Assembly: GCA_035948615.1 (NCBI GenBank)
Contig: DASZJB010000038.1
Span: forward strand, 1-38,679
DNA: 38,679 nucleotides
Direction of reading: 5' to 3'
DNA from: Candidatus Dormiibacterota bacterium
Lineage (GTDB): Bacteria > Chloroflexota > Dormibacteria > Aeolococcales > Aeolococcaceae
Below the pieces are notes generated by a model, which was not told where the DNA came from, made no database searches, and saw nothing but the letters and a program-made list of their open reading frames with translations. This document shows positions 9,696-18,206 of this stretch, one piece after another. Made by a program: the position numbers and the translations under genes. Within the stretch, counting starts at the first letter, position 1. Each line of letters opens with the position of its first letter.

Positions 9696-9726
9696 CAACG
9701 CTGTCGGCTCCCGCTCGCCCGGCGGA

Positions 9727-10887
9727 CTAATTCGTCGCGGGTGTGGCGGGTTCCGCCTGCTCAACTGCGGGCAGGACGTCGGCGACCCGGCCGTTGCGCC
9801 GGCCTCCAATCACCTCGACACCGGCGATGAACTCTTCGGTGGCGCGGTGGGCTTCGTCGTCCGAGACCTGGCGCGGGGGTGACTTCATGAAGTACGAGGC
9901 GGGACCTTCGAGCGTGCCACTGAGGCCGCGATCAAGTCCGAGCTTGCAGCAGCGGACCGCATCGATGACGATGCCGGCGCTGTTCGGTGAGTCGTGCACC
10001 TCGAGCTTCAACTCGACGTTGAGCGGCACGTCCCCGAAGGACTTGCCTTCGAGGCGGATGAACGCCCACTTGCGATCGTTGAGCCAGGGCACGTAGTCCG
10101 ACGGGCCGATGTGGATGTGATCCTTCTCCATGGGCGTGGCCAGCTGTGACTGCACGCTGTTGGTCTTGCTGATCTTCTTGCTCATCAAACGCTCGCGTTC
10201 GAGCATGTTGAGAAAGTCGGTGTTGCCGCCGAAGTTGAGCTGATACGTGTTCTCGAGCTCGACGCCGCGGTCACGGAACAGGTGGGTAAGGACGCGGTGC
10301 ACGATGGTTGCCCCGACCTGCGACTTGATGTCGTCGCCGATGATGGGCACGCCCGCCTTGCGGAAGCGCGCCTGCCAGTAGTCCTCTCGCGCGATGAACA
10401 CCGGCATGCAGTTCACCATTGCGCACGGCGCCTCGAGGATCTGCTCGGTGTACCAACGGGTTGCCGCCTCGCTGCCGACCGGGAGGTAGTTGACCACCAC
10501 GTCGGTGCCGGTGTCCTTGAGCACCTGGGCGATGTCGACCGTGGAGCCGGGTGCCTTGGTGATGACTTCAGACAGGTATTTGCCGAGCCCGTCGTGGGTC
10601 ATGCCCCGCAGGACGGGAATGTTCAACTTCGGAACGTCGCTGAACTTCACGGTGTTGTTCAGACCGCTGAAGATCGCCTCGGAAACGTCCTTGCCGACCT
10701 TCAGGACATCGATGTCGAAAGCCGCGGAGATCTCGATATCGGAGATGTGGTAGCCGCCCAGGTTCACGTGCATGAGCCCCGGCACCGTGTCGTTCTCGTC
10801 TGCGTGCTTGTAGTACTCGAGTCCCTGGACAAACGACGAGGCGCAGTTGCCCACGCCGATGATCGCGACTCTGACCTTGTTGCTCAC
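9727..10887 (-). CDS. ino1: myo-inositol-1-phosphate synthase
   Basis: 386 aa. [26 protein letters not shown] is typical of the actinobacterial Ino1 N-terminus. The GTG start overlaps the ArsR stop (GTGA). Confidence 0.92.
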   Translation of the reverse strand: MSNKVRVAIIGVGNCASSFVQGLEYYKHADENDTVPGLMHVNLGGYHISDIEISAAFDIDVLKVGKDVSEAIFSGLNNTVKFSDVPKLNIPVLRGMTHDGLGKYLSEVITKAPGSTVDIAQVLKDTGTDVVVNYLPVGSEAATRWYTEQILEAPCAMVNCMPVFIAREDYWQARFRKAGVPIIGDDIKSQVGATIVHRVLTHLFRDRGVELENTYQLNFGGNTDFLNMLERERLMSKKISKTNSVQSQLATPMEKDHIHIGPSDYVPWLNDRKWAFIRLEGKSFGDVPLNVELKLEVHDSPNSAGIVIDAVRCCKLGLDRGLSGTLEGPASYFMKSPPRQVSDDEAHRATEEFIAGVEVIGGRRNGRVADVLPAVEQAEPATPATN

Positions 10888-11285
10888 GACGCGCCCTCGT
10901 GTATCGGTGTTGTTGATGTGATCTCGGCGGGCACCCCTGCTGAGGAGATGAGCCGAGCGAAGCTCTTGAAATGCGTGGCGATGGCCTCGCGGTCGAGGCG
11001 GCAGAACACCTCGCGACCCTCGCGCCGCGTGCGGATCACCTCCGCTCTGCGGAGGATGCGCAGATGCCAGCTCATGCGTGGCTGGCTCACCTGGCAGAAA
11101 TCCGCGAGCTCGGAGACACGCATCTCGGAGGTCGCCGCGAGCCGCTCGACGATGAGCAGCCTCGTCGGGTTGGCAAGGCCTTCGAAGTGGACCGAGAGGT
11201 CGCTCGCTCCGGCGGCGATGCTCCCGGGAAGCGCGCGGCGCGGCGGCCGCGACGGGGCGTCGGAACCCATAAAGGAATCTTTCAT
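10884..11285 (-). CDS. ArsR/SmtB family transcriptional regulator (no ELCVCDL metal site)
   Basis: Winged-HTH sequence [48 protein letters not shown]. The start is either ATG 11285 (MKDSF) or ATG 11270 (MGSDAPS). The longer ORF to 11450 looks like an Arg-rich artefact. Confidence 0.8.
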   Translation of the reverse strand: MKDSFMGSDAPSRPPRRALPGSIAAGASDLSVHFEGLANPTRLLIVERLAATSEMRVSELADFCQVSQPRMSWHLRILRRAEVIRTRREGREVFCRLDREAIATHFKSFARLISSAGVPAEITSTTPIHEGAS

Positions 11286-11302
11286 AAAGGATCGCTTATG
11301 AA
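11281..11302. promoter_or_regulatory. inverted repeat TTCATAA-N8-TTATGAA, candidate ArsR operator
   Basis: Sits in a locally AT-rich stretch at or just upstream of the ArsR start. The arms are perfect 7-nt complements. Confidence 0.5.
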
Positions 11303-11340
11303 TGTTAGCGGTCCGGGCGTGGGAGCGCAAGCCCCCACGC

Positions 11341-11568
11341 TCATTCCCGACGTTCCTCGGTTCCGTCGCTGACCCGCGCGGGACCCGACGGAGCGCCCTC
11401 CTCCGAGGAGTCCGGCTCGGCCGCGACCGCCGGGGCGTCGCGGTCCTCATAGGAGGGCAGGATCACGGCGAGCAACCGGAGGATCACGACGCAGACGAGG
11501 ATCACCACCACGAACGCGACCACCGCCAGCCCGATGCCGCCCAGGACCGATCCGACGTCGAGGAGCAT
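11341..11568 (-). CDS. 75-aa single-pass membrane protein with acidic tail, hypothetical
   Basis: This is the C-terminal part of ORF 11341..12444, starting at MLLDVGSVLGGIGLAVVAFVVVILVCVVILRLLAV. No clear SD. The rest of the long ORF is Arg/Pro-rich junk antisense to 11605..12141. Confidence 0.3.
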   Translation of the reverse strand: MLLDVGSVLGGIGLAVVAFVVVILVCVVILRLLAVILPSYEDRDAPAVAAEPDSSEEGAPSGPARVSDGTEERRE

Positions 11569-11604
11569 CCGGGAAGGATGGCAGGGACGGCTAGGATCGA
11601 TTCG

Positions 11605-12141
11605 ATGACCGAGCTGCCCAGCCCCGCCGAGCTCCCCGCCTCGCTGACGATTCGTCGGGGGAGGATCGTGTTCCGGGCCAGGCGACCGGTCGCGCTCGTG
11701 CTCCCGCTCCTCGCGGTCACGGAGCTCGCCGGGATCATCTGCCTGCTCATCGGCGCCACCATCGGGTGGTTCATCATCGCCGCCCCGCTGATCGGACTGG
11801 CGACCACGGCAGTGGTCCTCCGGCCGGCGCTGGAGCTCACCCGCGACGGCCTGGTTCAGCGCCAGTACCCGTACAGCAGCCTCACCCGCTGGGACGTGAT
11901 CGCGGAGGTCGGCATCGTGCGCGCGGGGAACCGGGTCATCCTCGCGTACAAGCTCGTCCCGGGCACCCCGCCACCGCGGCACCAGCCCGCCGCGGAGATG
12001 CTCAAAGAAGTCAGCGCACCCTACGACGGAGGGTGGTTCGCCGATTCCCTCGCCGGAGGGCCCGACGAGGCCCTCGGCGTGGTCACCCGCTATTTGAACG
12101 ATCCGGGCCTGCGCAGCGTGCTCCCAGTGACCCGCCGCTGA
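11605..12141 (+). CDS. membrane protein, possibly bacterial PH-like domain, hypothetical
   Basis: Internal ATG of ORF 11302..12141 (MTELPSPAELP...). Two adjacent TM helices are followed by a soluble domain. Confidence 0.5.
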   Translation: MTELPSPAELPASLTIRRGRIVFRARRPVALVLPLLAVTELAGIICLLIGATIGWFIIAAPLIGLATTAVVLRPALELTRDGLVQRQYPYSSLTRWDVIAEVGIVRAGNRVILAYKLVPGTPPPRHQPAAEMLKEVSAPYDGGWFADSLAGGPDEALGVVTRYLNDPGLRSVLPVTRR

Positions 12142-12160
12142 GGACGAGCGACTGTGGGCC

Positions 12161-13054
12161 TCAGTCGCTCCCGCGACAGTCCCGGCGGGGTTTGCGACAC
12201 ACGGCGGCGAGACCGACGGCTCGGTCCATGTCCACGGTCGGGTCGTCAACCGGCGCCCAGACGATGTCCGAGGCGAGCCACTCCTGTGGGGGCGGTGGCT
12301 CCGCTGGAGGCGCGACAGCCGGCGCCGGCTCGATCGCACGCTTGATCCGCTCGACGGCACCGGGCGCGACCTTCCGAACGAGCGCTGCGGAGGCCCGAAC
12401 CACCTGTGGGCGGGGCCGTCGCGCAGGCGATGGTTGGGCGTCAACCGGCGGCGCTCCGACGTTCATCGCGCCGTCCGGGAAGACGCGCAGCATCAGGCTC
12501 ACCTCGTCGAAGACCGTCCGGAGCAGCGCGGTCAGCGCCGGTGGCGTGAACTCCATGACGTGCGAACGGGCGAGCAGATGCCCGTCTGGCACGTGCTCGA
12601 ACGACCACAGCCGGTTCGGGGTGCCGACAAAGCACACACCACCGTCGTTGAGACTCTCCGCCATGGCTCGCACGTAGACGAACGGGTCGACGACGTGCTC
12701 GAGGACCTCGGAGCTGGCGACCAGGTCATATGACCTGGGGGCGACCACATCCGGCAGCGGTTTCACCAGGTCTGCGACAAAGAACCGAAGGCCTTGACCA
12801 CCGTAGTTCTCGGTTGCGTATGTGATGGCGGCCGGCGAACTGTCGACACCGTCGGCCGTGGCTCCCGCCCTGGCCATCATGGCGGCGCCGTATCCGGTCC
12901 CACAGCCGAAATCGAGCGCCCTCATCCCCTCCTTGACGAGGTGCTCGGCGATCCATTCGTACACGCCTTCGTGGCCCGCGGAAGTGATGTCTCTGGTTGC
13001 GGTCGGGACGTACCGGTCCTGTCCGTCGGCGGTCGCGAGATCAACGTCGGGCAT
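12161..13054 (-). CDS. class I SAM-dependent methyltransferase
   Basis: Motif I ALDFGCGTGYGAAMMA, motif II-like DLVASSEVLEHV, and a Pro/Ala-rich C-terminal extension. Confidence 0.8.
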   Translation of the reverse strand: MPDVDLATADGQDRYVPTATRDITSAGHEGVYEWIAEHLVKEGMRALDFGCGTGYGAAMMARAGATADGVDSSPAAITYATENYGGQGLRFFVADLVKPLPDVVAPRSYDLVASSEVLEHVVDPFVYVRAMAESLNDGGVCFVGTPNRLWSFEHVPDGHLLARSHVMEFTPPALTALLRTVFDEVSLMLRVFPDGAMNVGAPPVDAQPSPARRPRPQVVRASAALVRKVAPGAVERIKRAIEPAPAVAPPAEPPPPQEWLASDIVWAPVDDPTVDMDRAVGLAAVCRKPRRDCRGSD

Positions 13055-13214
13055 CGGGTGGGAAGCTTACTGCGGCCGCGATGATGGTTCGGACGACCGC
13101 GCTGGATACTATTGGCAGGCTCGGCCGGCTGGCGCAGCGGCCATGTTCGGCTCTCGGACGGCGGGGTAGGACCGGGCGTTGTGGCGGGCGAGCTTCAAGC
13201 GGAATCCCTTCCGT

Positions 13215-13290
13215 CCCAGGGTAGCCAAGTGGTCAAGGCAGCGGTCTGTAAAACCGTGTACCGATGGTTCGACTCCATCCCCTGGGACCA
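13215..13290 (+). tRNA. tRNA with anticodon GTA (Tyr by anticodon), class I architecture, encoded CCA
   Basis: Hand-folded cloverleaf. Acceptor CCCAGGG/CCCTGGG, U8, D arm GCC-AAGTGGTCAA-GGC. Anticodon stem GCGGT/ACCGT with loop CTGTAAA. 5-nt variable loop GTACC. T arm GATGG-TTCGACT-CCATC, A73, CCA. Confidence 0.85.
13249..13288 (+). repeat. direct repeat copy 1 (3' half of the tRNA)
   Basis: TAAAACCGTGTACCGATGGTTCGACTCCATCCCCTGGGAC matches 14256-14295 at 39 of 40 positions. Confidence 0.9.
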
Positions 13291-14255
13291 CACAAAGCCT
13301 TGAGGCAGTAAGGGGTTCGACCCCTAGATTGGCGGCGACACAGGTGCCGATCGAGCGTTTGACAGCCACGACGAAAGCCATCGCGAACATCTGGGCTCGC
13401 CGGGTGGCCGCTGGCTGCAACTCGTACGATCCTCGTCGATGCTCGCGGCGGACAGAACTGACTTGCCCCAGCGGCTTTTTGGGACCGATGGGTGCCTTCA
13501 GAAAGGGAATGGGTTTCTGGGTCAGTGGGCCATGCTAACGACTGCCGTTCGCCGAGAGGTCCCCAACTCGCTGAGATGCGAGGGCGGCGCAGCGTCGACA
13601 AAGCCCTGTGACCGCTTGTACCCGGAGTGTCGTATCCGCGCTGCTTGATCCGCTTCCCAAACTGACAATCGATCTCGTAGTGATAGTGAGCGTGGGATCG
13701 TTTGGTGAGCCCTTTCGCACTAGCCGAGCCGAAAGGGCGACCGTGCCCATGAGGTGAGCCTACGACAGCCACGCGGCCATCGGGCTCAGAACCCGCTGGC
13801 TTTCAGGACGAATAAGACCCTGGCCACGCCGAACAGGGAGGGCGCATAGCCGGTATCGTTTGCCGTTCCAGCGATTCAGGGGGCGGCAAGGGGTAGCTTG
13901 AGCGAGACACCGAACCAGGAAGGTGCGCCGTCCGACAGGCTTACGTGTCGAACCTGCGGAGCTGAACTCCGCTTCCTCGGTCAGGCGCCGGGCTGGGCTC
14001 CCGCGTATGAGCACGTCGGCCGGGGCGATTGGTTGTGGCGTCACGTCAGGCACACGCCCAAGCCTTCCCAGTATCGATGGCAGCACGCGATGGTGCTTAT
14101 CGCCGGTGTCCTTGCGGTTCTCTTCTTCCTCAGCGTCGTGGTAGGAAGTTGCGCCGACTTCCTGCGGTGTGCAGGTGTCGTGCGAGGCATCTGCCCGCCA
14201 GGCGGCGGATGACAGCGCGCTCTTGGGGCAGGACAGAGCGCCAGCCAGCGGGAAA
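13289..14255. mobile_element. putative decayed integrated element or island remnant bounded by the tRNA 3'-half duplication
   Basis: About 1 kb between the direct repeats. It is visibly less G+C-rich than its flanks and has no convincing long ORF and no integrase. Confidence 0.35.
13898..14212 (+). CDS. hypothetical protein with one CxxC and one TM helix
   Basis: ORF track, 104 aa, TTG start. Contains CRTCGAELRF and the hydrophobic segment MVLIAGVLAVLFFLSVVVG. It lies inside the putative insert. Coding status is uncertain. Confidence 0.3.
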   Translation: MSETPNQEGAPSDRLTCRTCGAELRFLGQAPGWAPAYEHVGRGDWLWRHVRHTPKPSQYRWQHAMVLIAGVLAVLFFLSVVVGSCADFLRCAGVVRGICPPGGG

Positions 14256-14295
14256 TAAAACCGTGTACCGATAGTTCGACTCCATCCCCTGGGAC
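14256..14295 (+). repeat. direct repeat copy 2 (orphan tRNA 3' half, att-like)
   Basis: TAAAACCGTGTACCGATAGTTCGACTCCATCCCCTGGGAC. The single G-to-A change would break the T stem. No 5' half is present. Confidence 0.9.
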
Positions 14296-14310
14296 ACCCA
14301 AGCTTTGCAG

Positions 14311-15102
14311 CTAGCGAGTCACGTACCGGTTGTACCGAACGTGTGCCCACACATAGCCGACCACGGTTAAGCCCACGCACCACGCTGTAGCGATGATCGC
14401 GGCGTTGCCGATCGGGGTCCCGGTGAGAAGACCGCGCAGGGTGTTGATGACCGAGGTGAACGGCTGGTTCTCTGCGAACCAGCGCACTCCTGCGGGCATC
14501 GACGCAGTCGGCACGAAGGCGCTGCTGATGAAGGGCAGAAACTGCGGAATCAACGACAGGCTGTTTGCGCCGGCGGGTGTCTTCGCTTGGAGGCCGAAGG
14601 CAATCGTCAGCCAGGTGAGTGCGAGCGTCAGCATCGCGAAGACGCCTGCAGCCGCAAGCCATTCGACCACTGTCGCCGTCGGACGGAAGCCGAGCCCGAT
14701 GGCAACCGCAACGACAAGCGCGCCGCTGATCAGCGTACGGATCAGGCTGCTGAGCACCTGCCCGATCAACACGGACGTGCGCGTGATCGCCATGGTGCGA
14801 AAGCGGGCGATGATGCCTTCGTTCATGTCGATGCAGACATTGATCGCCGTCGCCGCAGCCGCGGCGCCCGCGGTCATCACGAGAATGCCCGGAGCGAGGT
14901 AATCGATGTAGCGGCCCCCAGCGGGTGTTGCGGCTCCCAGACCGGCCCGCAGGGTGTTGCCGAACACGCCGACGAACAGGAGCAGCAGGAACACCGGAAC
15001 CATCAAGCCGCTGATCGACAGGATCGGATAGCGAAGCGAGTGCTTGATGTCGCGCCGGAGCATGGTTGCGGAGTCGCGCATCGCAAAGGCGGAGGTGCTC
15101 AT
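14311..15102 (-). CDS. ABC-2 type transporter permease (DrrB-like)
   Basis: 263 aa with about 6 TM helices. An ATGA overlap joins it to the upstream ATPase gene. Confidence 0.85.
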   Translation of the reverse strand: MSTSAFAMRDSATMLRRDIKHSLRYPILSISGLMVPVFLLLLFVGVFGNTLRAGLGAATPAGGRYIDYLAPGILVMTAGAAAAATAINVCIDMNEGIIARFRTMAITRTSVLIGQVLSSLIRTLISGALVVAVAIGLGFRPTATVVEWLAAAGVFAMLTLALTWLTIAFGLQAKTPAGANSLSLIPQFLPFISSAFVPTASMPAGVRWFAENQPFTSVINTLRGLLTGTPIGNAAIIATAWCVGLTVVGYVWAHVRYNRYVTR

Positions 15103-16046
15103 GCCGATTCCTCGAGTGTGTGATGTGGAGCGCCGGTCAGGGCGAAGAAGACGTCATCGAGGTCCGGCGTCTCCACGGTGACGCTCTCGACCCCGAGAGC
15201 ACGCTCGTCGAGCTGATCGAGCAGGCTTCGGAGCGAGCGCGGCGTGCCGTCGGTGGGAATATCGAGGACGAGCGCGTCGTCGTCGATTGACTCCGCGCCG
15301 AGCACGCTCGCAGCGGCGCCGACATCCGCGGCATCGCGGAAGTGGAGCCGGACACGGCCGCCGGGGATGCGCCGCTTGAGTTGATTCGGCGTGCCCTCGG
15401 CGACGATCCGCCCCTGGTCGAGGACGCCGATCCGGTCGGCGAGCTGGTCGGCCTCATCCAGGTTCTGGGTGGTGAGCAGAACGGTCACGCCGCCGGCGAC
15501 GAGCTCTCGCGTGATCTGCCACATGGTGTGGCGGCTGCGAGGATCGAGCCCGGTGGTCGGCTCGTCGAGGAAGATGATTCGGGGTTCGCCGAGCAGCGTC
15601 ATGGCGAGATCGAGTCGTCGCCGCATGCCCCCCGAGTACTTCATGACCATCTGCCCGGCCGCCTCCACCAGGTCGAATCGTTCGAGGAGTTCGTCGACCC
15701 GCAGGCGACCGGCGCGCCGGTCGAGGTGGTGGAGATCGGCCATGAGCAGCAGGTTCTCCCTGCCCGTGAGGAGGTAGTCGACCGACGAGAACTGGCCGGT
15801 GACACCGATCGCATCGCGAACCGCCTGCGGCTCGCGGCCGACGTCGAAGCCGGCAACCTCGATTGCACCAGCATCAGCGCGGATCAGCGTCGAGAGGATT
15901 TGCACAGTCGTCGTCTTGCCCGCTCCGTTGGGTCCGAGCAGCGCGAACACGCTCCCACCGGCGATCTCGAGGTCGATGCCGTCAAGCACCACCTTTTCGC
16001 CGAACGCCTTGCGCAGCCCGACGACTCGTACCGCCGGGGCGCTCAT
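15099..16046 (-). CDS. ABC transporter ATP-binding protein (DrrA-like)
   Basis: Walker A GPNGAGKTT, signature YSGGMRRRL, Walker B IIFLDEPTTGLD. Confidence 0.92.
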   Translation of the reverse strand: MSAPAVRVVGLRKAFGEKVVLDGIDLEIAGGSVFALLGPNGAGKTTTVQILSTLIRADAGAIEVAGFDVGREPQAVRDAIGVTGQFSSVDYLLTGRENLLLMADLHHLDRRAGRLRVDELLERFDLVEAAGQMVMKYSGGMRRRLDLAMTLLGEPRIIFLDEPTTGLDPRSRHTMWQITRELVAGGVTVLLTTQNLDEADQLADRIGVLDQGRIVAEGTPNQLKRRIPGGRVRLHFRDAADVGAAASVLGAESIDDDALVLDIPTDGTPRSLRSLLDQLDERALGVESVTVETPDLDDVFFALTGAPHHTLEESA

Positions 16047-16921
16047 AGCGCCGCCGCCACAGTCGTGCTCGGCGTCGAGCGACGGATGGTGATATCGCCG
16101 AAGGTGCTCCGAGCACGAACTTCGACGGTCTGGTTCCCCGGCTCAGGCGCGGTCGTCGCGTCGAGGTGGTTGGACACCTTGCCGAAGTTGGTGTTGACGT
16201 CCAGCCACGCCGCCACCCCCTCGGCGATCCCGATCTCCACCTTGCCGAGCGACGTTTGCGCGACCACGGTTCCCGCCTCAATCGCGCCGAAGCGCACATC
16301 CCCATTCGCGGTCTTGGCAACGACTGAGGCGCGCGCGTGCTCGACGTCGATCGAGCCGTTGGCGGTGATCACCCTCAGGTCGCCCGAGATGACGCCGATC
16401 CAGGTATCGCCGTTGGCTCCCTTGACCACGGCGGTGCCGTCAACCGACCCAATTCGCACCGCACCGGATCCAGTCGAGACCTGCGCGTGCCCCGATACCC
16501 GGTCAACCGCGATATCACCGACTCCGGTGCGCAGGTGCACGGGGCCCGCCCGGTCGATGTTGAGGTCACCGACGCCGGTGGAGTAATCGCACTCCCCGAG
16601 CGGCCCGGCGGCGTGCAACGCGGCGACACCTGTCTCTCCGTGTATTTGCGACCCTGCGGGAAGCTCGACCTGGACGTCCACCGAGTCGCCGCCCCCGCGC
16701 GGCCTGTAGTGACGCCAGCTCTTCGGTGCCTTGATCAGCAGCCTGCCGGCCGAGAACTCGACCCGTGTTTGGGCCGCCGCGGCCACATCGGACTTGTTGC
16801 CGGGGTCGGTGGGGCGCACATCAATGGTCGTGTCCGTACGATCGCTTGCCGCGATGCGGACGTCGCCGACACCCAGCTCCAGGGTGACGAGGATGGGTTT
16901 TGGGGTGTCGAAGGTTGGCAT
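16043..16921 (-). CDS. DUF4097-like beta-strand repeat ('toastrack'/putative adhesin) protein
   Basis: 292 aa with repetitive G-D-V/I strand motifs (VGDVRIAA, VGDLNIDRA, VGDIAVDRV, GAVRIGSV, NGDVRFGA, FGDITIRR). An ATGA overlap joins it to the ABC ATPase gene. Confidence 0.75.
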   Translation of the reverse strand: MPTFDTPKPILVTLELGVGDVRIAASDRTDTTIDVRPTDPGNKSDVAAAAQTRVEFSAGRLLIKAPKSWRHYRPRGGGDSVDVQVELPAGSQIHGETGVAALHAAGPLGECDYSTGVGDLNIDRAGPVHLRTGVGDIAVDRVSGHAQVSTGSGAVRIGSVDGTAVVKGANGDTWIGVISGDLRVITANGSIDVEHARASVVAKTANGDVRFGAIEAGTVVAQTSLGKVEIGIAEGVAAWLDVNTNFGKVSNHLDATTAPEPGNQTVEVRARSTFGDITIRRSTPSTTVAAAL

Positions 16922-16945
16922 GGCTTTCTCCTGTGGACTGATTGG

Positions 16946-17476
16946 TTACCGGACCCAGCCGGTGTAGCGGCCGGCGCCGCGCGAGACACGCCCCTCGCGG
17001 CGACCGCCCTGGTCTGCTCGATCCAGCGCGACACTCGCCGCGCGGACGAGCCATGTATTGACTGAAAGACCCTCGCTGCTTGCGGCCTGGTCGACCCTCG
17101 CCTTGAGGTGGTCGGGCATGCGCAGGTTGATCCGTGAGGTCCCGCGGTCATCGGTGTTCCCCGAGCCCGCCGAGACCTGGATCGAGGTTTGGTCGTAGCC
17201 CGCGTCAGCCGGATCGTTGGGAGACGGATCAGCCGGCGGCGGGGTGACAACGAACTCCGGGTTGCGGTCGCGAATGCGCAGCTCGACCGAGCCCGGCGCC
17301 AGCTCCACCGTGATCTCTTCCGCGGCGGCCCCGAGCGCGTCCTGAAGGGCGAGACGGATCGCCGCGTCCAGAGGCGCGGCGAGGCGGTCGGCAAGGGCGC
17401 GTGCCTCGTCACCGCCGGATTCAGCCGCGTCCGCGAGCTGCTGGTGAATGGTTTCGATATAGGGGCGCAGATCCAT
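16946..17476 (-). CDS. ribbon-helix-helix (Arc/MetJ, HicB-like) domain protein
   Basis: The C-terminal RINLRMPDHLKARVDQAASSEGLSVNTWLVRAA is an RHH fold signature. I prefer the ATG at 17476 (MDLRPYIETI) because a promoter-like element occupies 17483-17512. Confidence 0.7.
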   Translation of the reverse strand: MDLRPYIETIHQQLADAAESGGDEARALADRLAAPLDAAIRLALQDALGAAAEEITVELAPGSVELRIRDRNPEFVVTPPPADPSPNDPADAGYDQTSIQVSAGSGNTDDRGTSRINLRMPDHLKARVDQAASSEGLSVNTWLVRAASVALDRADQGGRREGRVSRGAGRYTGWVR

Positions 17477-17482
17477 GACGCC

Positions 17483-17512
17483 ACTATGGCACCACTCATG
17501 ATGCCATGTCAA
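17483..17512 (-). promoter_or_regulatory. promoter with embedded inverted repeat TGGCA-N10-TGCCA (leaderless start)
   Basis: The minus strand reads TTGACA-TGGCATCATGAGTGGTGCCA-TAGT...ATG. The -35 TTGACA is at 17512-17507, the IR at 17506-17487 and the -10-like CATAGT at 17488-17483. The ATG lies 6 nt downstream. Confidence 0.45.
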
Positions 17513-17557
17513 GTCCATCTGAGCCAAAGTGGCACCGCACGCGTGGACGCCGCGGCC

Positions 17558-18196
17558 TCAGGTGGTTTCGGACTCGGGACCCTGCTCGGCCGGTCTGCCT
17601 CGCGACCCGCCGGGAACGCGATCGGCGACGGCGAGCCCCACCAGATTCGCCACCTCGCCGGCCACGTCGTCGGGTGTTCGCCCGGGACCGGCGAGCTCAT
17701 CGATGAAGGCGAAGCTGGTGAGCGCCTGCAACGTGTCGAGCAGGCGCTCGTCATCAACTCCCGACCGGTGGAGCAGCGCTGCGAGGATGTTCCGGCGCCT
17801 GGCGTTCCGAGCAGCGTGACCGGCCAGTTCGCCGGCGCCGACCGCCCCCAGTGCGTGAAGCCGCCGGATCAGGGATCGATGGACGCTGTAGAAGTGACAG
17901 AAGATCGTGACCAGGGTCTCGAGCGCGCTTGCGTTATCGGAGAATGCGAAGGCGTCGGGAATGCGCAGCAGCCCACCGCTTGCCGCCAGATCGTCGTAGA
18001 CGGCCTCGAGCAGCGCGTCCCGGTCGCCACAGAGCGCGTAGAGGGTCACGCGCGAGACTCCCGCGCGTTCGGCGACCGCGTCGAGCGTGAACCGGCGCTC
18101 GCTGAGGAGCTCCTCGCGCGCAGCGGCGACGATTCGAGCTCGGCGCTCGTCCATCGCGGCGGCTCGCCGCCCTAGCTGGTAGTGGCGAGAGGGCAT
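17558..18196 (-). CDS. TetR/AcrR family transcriptional regulator
   Basis: N-terminal HTH FTLDAVAERAGVSRVTLYALCGDRDALLEAV. 212 aa. Confidence 0.88.
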   Translation of the reverse strand: MPSRHYQLGRRAAAMDERRARIVAAAREELLSERRFTLDAVAERAGVSRVTLYALCGDRDALLEAVYDDLAASGGLLRIPDAFAFSDNASALETLVTIFCHFYSVHRSLIRRLHALGAVGAGELAGHAARNARRRNILAALLHRSGVDDERLLDTLQALTSFAFIDELAGPGRTPDDVAGEVANLVGLAVADRVPGGSRGRPAEQGPESETT

Positions 18197-18206
18197 CTTG
18201 CAGTTT

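Noticed and set aside
6345-11301. Long plus-strand ORFs 6345..7685, 7390..8898, 8760..9830 and 10282..11301
   Set aside because: All are mirror-strand shadows of the well-supported PgsA-like, pimA, acyltransferase, ino1 and arsR genes.
13312-13324. GGGGTTCGACCCC hairpin as the T arm of a second tRNA
   Set aside because: The loop is only 5 nt if the stem is 4-5 bp, and no matching acceptor, D or anticodon arms lie around it.
13289-13900. Integrase or recombinase (intact or pseudogene) next to the tRNA
   Set aside because: I inspected all listed frames (13109..13420-, 13233..13772-, 13439..13648+, 13535..13750-) and saw no tyrosine-recombinase (R..H-x-x-R..Y) or serine-recombinase motifs. A translated search would be needed to detect heavily decayed remnants.
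13760-14662. ORF 13760..14662- (300 aa). It and 13233..13772- both contain PRGWSRTIGTRFY.
   Set aside because: The shared peptide is simply the reverse translation of the duplicated tRNA 3' half. The ORF also overlaps the ABC-2 permease gene.
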